Below are positions 60,322-64,000 of a DNA stretch of 64,000 nt, piece after piece (position 1 is the first letter of the stretch; each line of letters starts with the position of its first letter). The translations under genes were made by a program, and so were the position numbers. The notes under the pieces are model-generated. The model saw only the letters and a program-made list of their open reading frames with translations. It had not been told where the DNA came from and made no database searches. Source of the DNA: a virus (lineage: Duplodnaviria > Caudoviricetes); the IMG/VR virus record IMGVR_UViG_3300010163_000007, positions 69,340 to 133,339 of that record; one strand, given 5' to 3'.

Positions 60322-62432
60322 ACTGCTTCACCTCTAAGTTCATCATCGATAATACGTGACATTTCGTCTACCAGCGGAAGGTTAAACCATACCGCAGCAA
60401 AGGATAGCCAATCCTGACTAATATAATCTGAAGTGAATTCAGCACCGGGAATATATGCCCGGTTGTCTATCGGCCGCTTTACCTTTCCAAGCGGCAGCAT
60501 ATTCTGATAGTCGCTAACTTTCTCCTCGATCACAAGCCGGCCTATTTGTGTAGAGCGGCTAATAGACCGAGTGTACTTGGCATATGGATATTCGGCCTTA
60601 TAGTCCATATCCGATACTTCGTCGTGCACCTGCTTACTCTTAACTCCCGGTACCAGCTCAGTTCCATTTGGACTATTATAGTTTGGATCTCCTACAAGAC
60701 CTCCGGGTAAGGACAGCTTTCGATCAATGGAATCCTCAAAGACAGCCAGGTTACTGGCTGCTGTCTTTTTCACCTCTTCGGCGGCTACTTCAGATACTGT
60801 GGCCATATCATTGGGATCTACATCATCTTCATCAAGACCCAGATCGCTGAGCACTTCGTTGAGGGTGTCCGAATCTGCCAGTATATCTTCGATATCATCC
60901 GCATCAATACCCGCCTTATCCAATGCAGCTCGTATTTTTTTCCTCCGGATGATTTCCATCGTCTGTTCTTGTTCTTCTTCATTTTCGTATTTCACGTAGT
61001 TCGTATTGATGTTGTTTCCAGGCACATGCCCGCGCCGCAGATACTCTGTATAGTAAATATACTTTTGATACTTGGTCTGTTTCATCAGATGGTAGAGGGG
61101 GCAGTTGTGCTGGTTCATATCATACACGATCATTGTTATATCTGTCGTGCAGATATCGATTAGAACTTGTGACCATACGTCCCTGATGTTGTAGAGGACA
61201 AAGTCCCAATAGTCATAGATTGCCGCATTTGTAACATTAACACCATTCTTAAACTTCCACTTACCAGCGCCAAGTTCGATGTTTGCAATATTGTCCAATG
61301 AGTTTGACCCATATGCTTTCATTCCCTTACGGATTCCGGCATAGACCTGCATTTGGTCGATATACTGAGTCGTGGATGTCATACGGATATAGCTGTTGCG
61401 ATTTGCAATATCAATCGGCCGGTTATCCATGTGGAAGTTTGCGAAGCGGAAGTCTGCTGGAAAAAACTCTTTGTCTGACATAACGTTAATTGGGTTTAAT
61501 CCGAGAATCTCCATACGATTCCGCATTTTCGGCATATCGTATGGCATGTTCCAGAAGGCACATATATCAGGCTTCTCCAAATTAATGCGGTCGAACACTG
61601 CATTAAGAAGCTGCGCTTCTGTATCACACATATGAATCTGATATGTCGCTGGCGTATCTATTACCCGCTGCTCGCCATCTTTCTTAACCTTCTGACTGTC
61701 GAAGTGTTTATGACACTCTGCATAGAACTTATCCAAGTGCTCCTCAAAGTATAGCTGCTGCGGATATCGCTTATGATTGCGGAGGAGGTATGTGTGTACT
61801 TCTGTCTGGCGTTTTCCTCTGGGCCGGTTTTCATCGAACATGAAGATGAGCGTTACCGCATTCACCGGATCCATATTTGCAAGCATCTCGGCAGACGATA
61901 GCCCATAGACGTCGTTCTCGATATCGGCGAAGCATTTATCAATAATATGGCTGCCCGACAGCTTATAGTGATACCCGAGCTGTATCCAATAATACTCCGG
62001 TACGTCCATATCGCTCATAAGCACGTATGGCCATTTGAAGATTTCTTTTCGTGCACGGTACTGCTTTGTCTGTATGGCCGCTTGATACATATGTCGAAGC
62101 TTTACTGCGACTGGATCGGTTGCCTGCTGAATCTCATTATAGACACGCTGCAGAACAGACCGAGCAGGCACGGTTACAGAATCCAGTCGATCGATAGGGT
62201 AGTACTCTCGCGCCGTCTTGAACATACCTCGATATTGATCCTTTACAAAGAAAATCTCCATTGGCGGGTTTGCAATACGATGCACTCCCTTTTTTCCTTC
62301 TCCATTTCGATATACAATGAATACCTGATCAGTTTTCCCAACTCCTCTACACATCCACTGATTGTAATATATAACATCATACACTGTAAGCTCAGCATGT
62401 TCTCTCTCGGGTAAGATGTGGGTCATTCCCAT
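60318..62432 (-). CDS. Split family-B DNA polymerase, N-terminal/exonuclease subunit
   Basis: FADIEND (ExoI), FWNMPYD (ExoII), SLDNIA, YNIRD (ExoIII), DMDYKAEYP (motif A); motifs B and C absent. Confidence 0.85.
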   Translation of the reverse strand: MGMTHILPEREHAELTVYDVIYYNQWMCRGVGKTDQVFIVYRNGEGKKGVHRIANPPMEIFFVKDQYRGMFKTAREYYPIDRLDSVTVPARSVLQRVYNEIQQATDPVAVKLRHMYQAAIQTKQYRARKEIFKWPYVLMSDMDVPEYYWIQLGYHYKLSGSHIIDKCFADIENDVYGLSSAEMLANMDPVNAVTLIFMFDENRPRGKRQTEVHTYLLRNHKRYPQQLYFEEHLDKFYAECHKHFDSQKVKKDGEQRVIDTPATYQIHMCDTEAQLLNAVFDRINLEKPDICAFWNMPYDMPKMRNRMEILGLNPINVMSDKEFFPADFRFANFHMDNRPIDIANRNSYIRMTSTTQYIDQMQVYAGIRKGMKAYGSNSLDNIANIELGAGKWKFKNGVNVTNAAIYDYWDFVLYNIRDVWSQVLIDICTTDITMIVYDMNQHNCPLYHLMKQTKYQKYIYYTEYLRRGHVPGNNINTNYVKYENEEEQEQTMEIIRRKKIRAALDKAGIDADDIEDILADSDTLNEVLSDLGLDEDDVDPNDMATVSEVAAEEVKKTAASNLAVFEDSIDRKLSLPGGLVGDPNYNSPNGTELVPGVKSKQVHDEVSDMDYKAEYPYAKYTRSISRSTQIGRLVIEEKVSDYQNMLPLGKVKRPIDNRAYIPGAEFTSDYISQDWLSFAAVWFNLPLVDEMSRIIDDELRGEAV

Positions 62433-62523
62433 ACAGGGTGCCTCCTTCTTCAATGTGCTTATACGAATGTATTTCTTGACTTCACAATAAAATGCCCCGC
62501 CAGTATCGGCGGGGCATCCAATT

Positions 62524-63852
62524 CTAATACTGCTCTATTGTTCCAATAAACTTCTTAGCTTCACCTTCGCGGATGAGGTTGATGTTTCGCAGATTCAGAT
62601 ACATACATACAGTATATAGCTTATCTGGTTTCGGGTTGTTCAATGTAAGAATGCCTTTGTTATCTAAGACGTAACTGGTCTCTTTCAGCGATCCGTTAGG
62701 ATATACTCTGACCATAAGCAAATCGGAGAGTTTCCCATCGTGTTCAATGCACTCTCGAAGAACCCGATATATGTCAGGATGATCAGGTTCCAATACATCG
62801 AGAATTTCAACGGAGGTGCTGTCTCCTGCCTGATACATTAGATCGATTTTATTGCTGATCGTATAACCGTTGATTTCCGTGGGCCAATCCATATCTGCAA
62901 ATATGGGAGACACCAGATAGATGCTGTCTGGATCCTCTTCAATATGTGTGTCATATTTTGTGATATACTGCTTAGGTACCAATATCATATACTCGCTTGG
63001 AAGATCAGCGATAAAAATAAAGCTGTCAACTACCCTTGCTCCCCATTCTATAGCCTCTGAAAGCTCAGGACTGTCTTTTTGGGGGTACCCAGGTACCTCT
63101 ACTTGGATGTTCAGTGTTTGTTGGAAAAAGAACATATATTGGCCGTTTGGTGTAATACGTCTGATAATTGGGTAGTAGGAGATACTGTTTAGGAATGACA
63201 GAAACTCTTCACTCTTCCAGTCGAAATCATGGAGCAATGCAATGTTCCGGATATAGTGTATTGGGAGCAGCTGAGGCACAGTTCGCTCCAGAAGGAACTT
63301 AGAGTTGTGACGGATGTTCATCAGCATCCGATTAAAGGTATTTGTCGCAAGATCGAGTGTTTCTTCCATGATCATAACGTCAAAATCGAATTTATAGCGA
63401 TTCCGGCGATAGACAAGTTCGAAAATATCATCTTTCATAATACGGGTTGAGTAGAGCAATTTCGCCCCAATATTGTCTCTTCTTGGGTCAATCATATTGT
63501 ACCGATTCAGCATATTCTGACTAAAAATAGAACTATCATCATTTTCGAACTCCTTTGGATCAATCACCATGAACGGTTTTTCCTTCTTGTAGATCTGTTT
63601 CATGAATGATTTGAACGCGCTAAATGACGATTCGGTACGTAGCCGTACAAATTTAAAGTAATTAGGACAGAAGAATGACGTAATCCAGTCAGTGAAACAG
63701 CCTACAATATTGGCCTGAATATGTGAAGTACGTTGGATATGGGAATCGTATACGATATCCTCCGGCGGGGGAGGCGGTGGTACCGGATATAGCCGCTCGA
63801 GAATGCCATTATCAACCCGAAAGTCTCCGGGCCTATAAATCTCGATAGACAT
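62524..63852 (-). CDS. Probable virion structural protein
   Basis: Late motif AACA-ACCC-TATA at 63867-78; GAGGTG RBS; 442 aa. Confidence 0.6.
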   Translation of the reverse strand: MSIEIYRPGDFRVDNGILERLYPVPPPPPPEDIVYDSHIQRTSHIQANIVGCFTDWITSFFCPNYFKFVRLRTESSFSAFKSFMKQIYKKEKPFMVIDPKEFENDDSSIFSQNMLNRYNMIDPRRDNIGAKLLYSTRIMKDDIFELVYRRNRYKFDFDVMIMEETLDLATNTFNRMLMNIRHNSKFLLERTVPQLLPIHYIRNIALLHDFDWKSEEFLSFLNSISYYPIIRRITPNGQYMFFFQQTLNIQVEVPGYPQKDSPELSEAIEWGARVVDSFIFIADLPSEYMILVPKQYITKYDTHIEEDPDSIYLVSPIFADMDWPTEINGYTISNKIDLMYQAGDSTSVEILDVLEPDHPDIYRVLRECIEHDGKLSDLLMVRVYPNGSLKETSYVLDNKGILTLNNPKPDKLYTVCMYLNLRNINLIREGEAKKFIGTIEQY

Positions 63853-63908
63853 AATAATCACCTCTTTATAGGGTTGTTTTCAATTTCCGATTTCTGAGCA
63901 TTTTCACG

Positions 63909-63919
63909 TATATATTATA
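63909..63919 (+). promoter_or_regulatory. Phage early-type promoter for a gene beyond the window
   Basis: TATATATTATA followed by an ATGGG...CCCAT hairpin. Confidence 0.6.
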
Positions 63920-64000
63920 ACAGTGAACATGACAAAGTATGGGTCTAAAGTTTAACCCCATAGGTTGTGTTCAAAATTTGGTATGATGGGCACCAGAAAG

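Overview
A 64-kb segment of a phiKZ/AR9-type jumbo phage genome, probably infecting a Firmicute (strong AAGGAGG ribosome-binding sites, Clostridia-type ThyA). It uses the standard genetic code. It encodes split multisubunit RNA polymerase beta pieces, the N-terminal half of a split family-B DNA polymerase, DnaB and Dda/RecD-like helicases, SbcD/Mre11, RecA/UvsX, an NAD-dependent ligase, a two-subunit type IIA topoisomerase, a dTMP pathway (ThyA, DHFR, dCMP deaminase), a PhuZ-like tubulin, a head module (protease, scaffold-like protein, major capsid protein) and baseplate/tail genes. One of these is a >1230-aa ORF missing from the ORF track because it runs off the left edge. Two phage promoter motifs can be read directly: TATATA(T/C)TATA, and an AR9-like (A/G)ACA-N4-TATA. 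Most notable: (1) an ORF-less group I intron in the gyrB-like gene; (2) a ~400-nt structured non-coding RNA candidate with its own promoter and terminator, next to a tandem HU-like gene; (3) a short D/N-x-D/E/Q-G-Y-I/V-x-L motif shared by the C-termini of unrelated replication and transcription proteins; (4) a hairpin-chain leader with convergent sense and antisense promoters upstream of an XRE regulator; (5) tandem sigma4-alphaCTD fusion proteins; (6) a WDGH-DUF2829 (Tad2-like) fusion and an orphan MazF-like protein. All calls come from reading motifs by eye; no database searches or folding programs were run.
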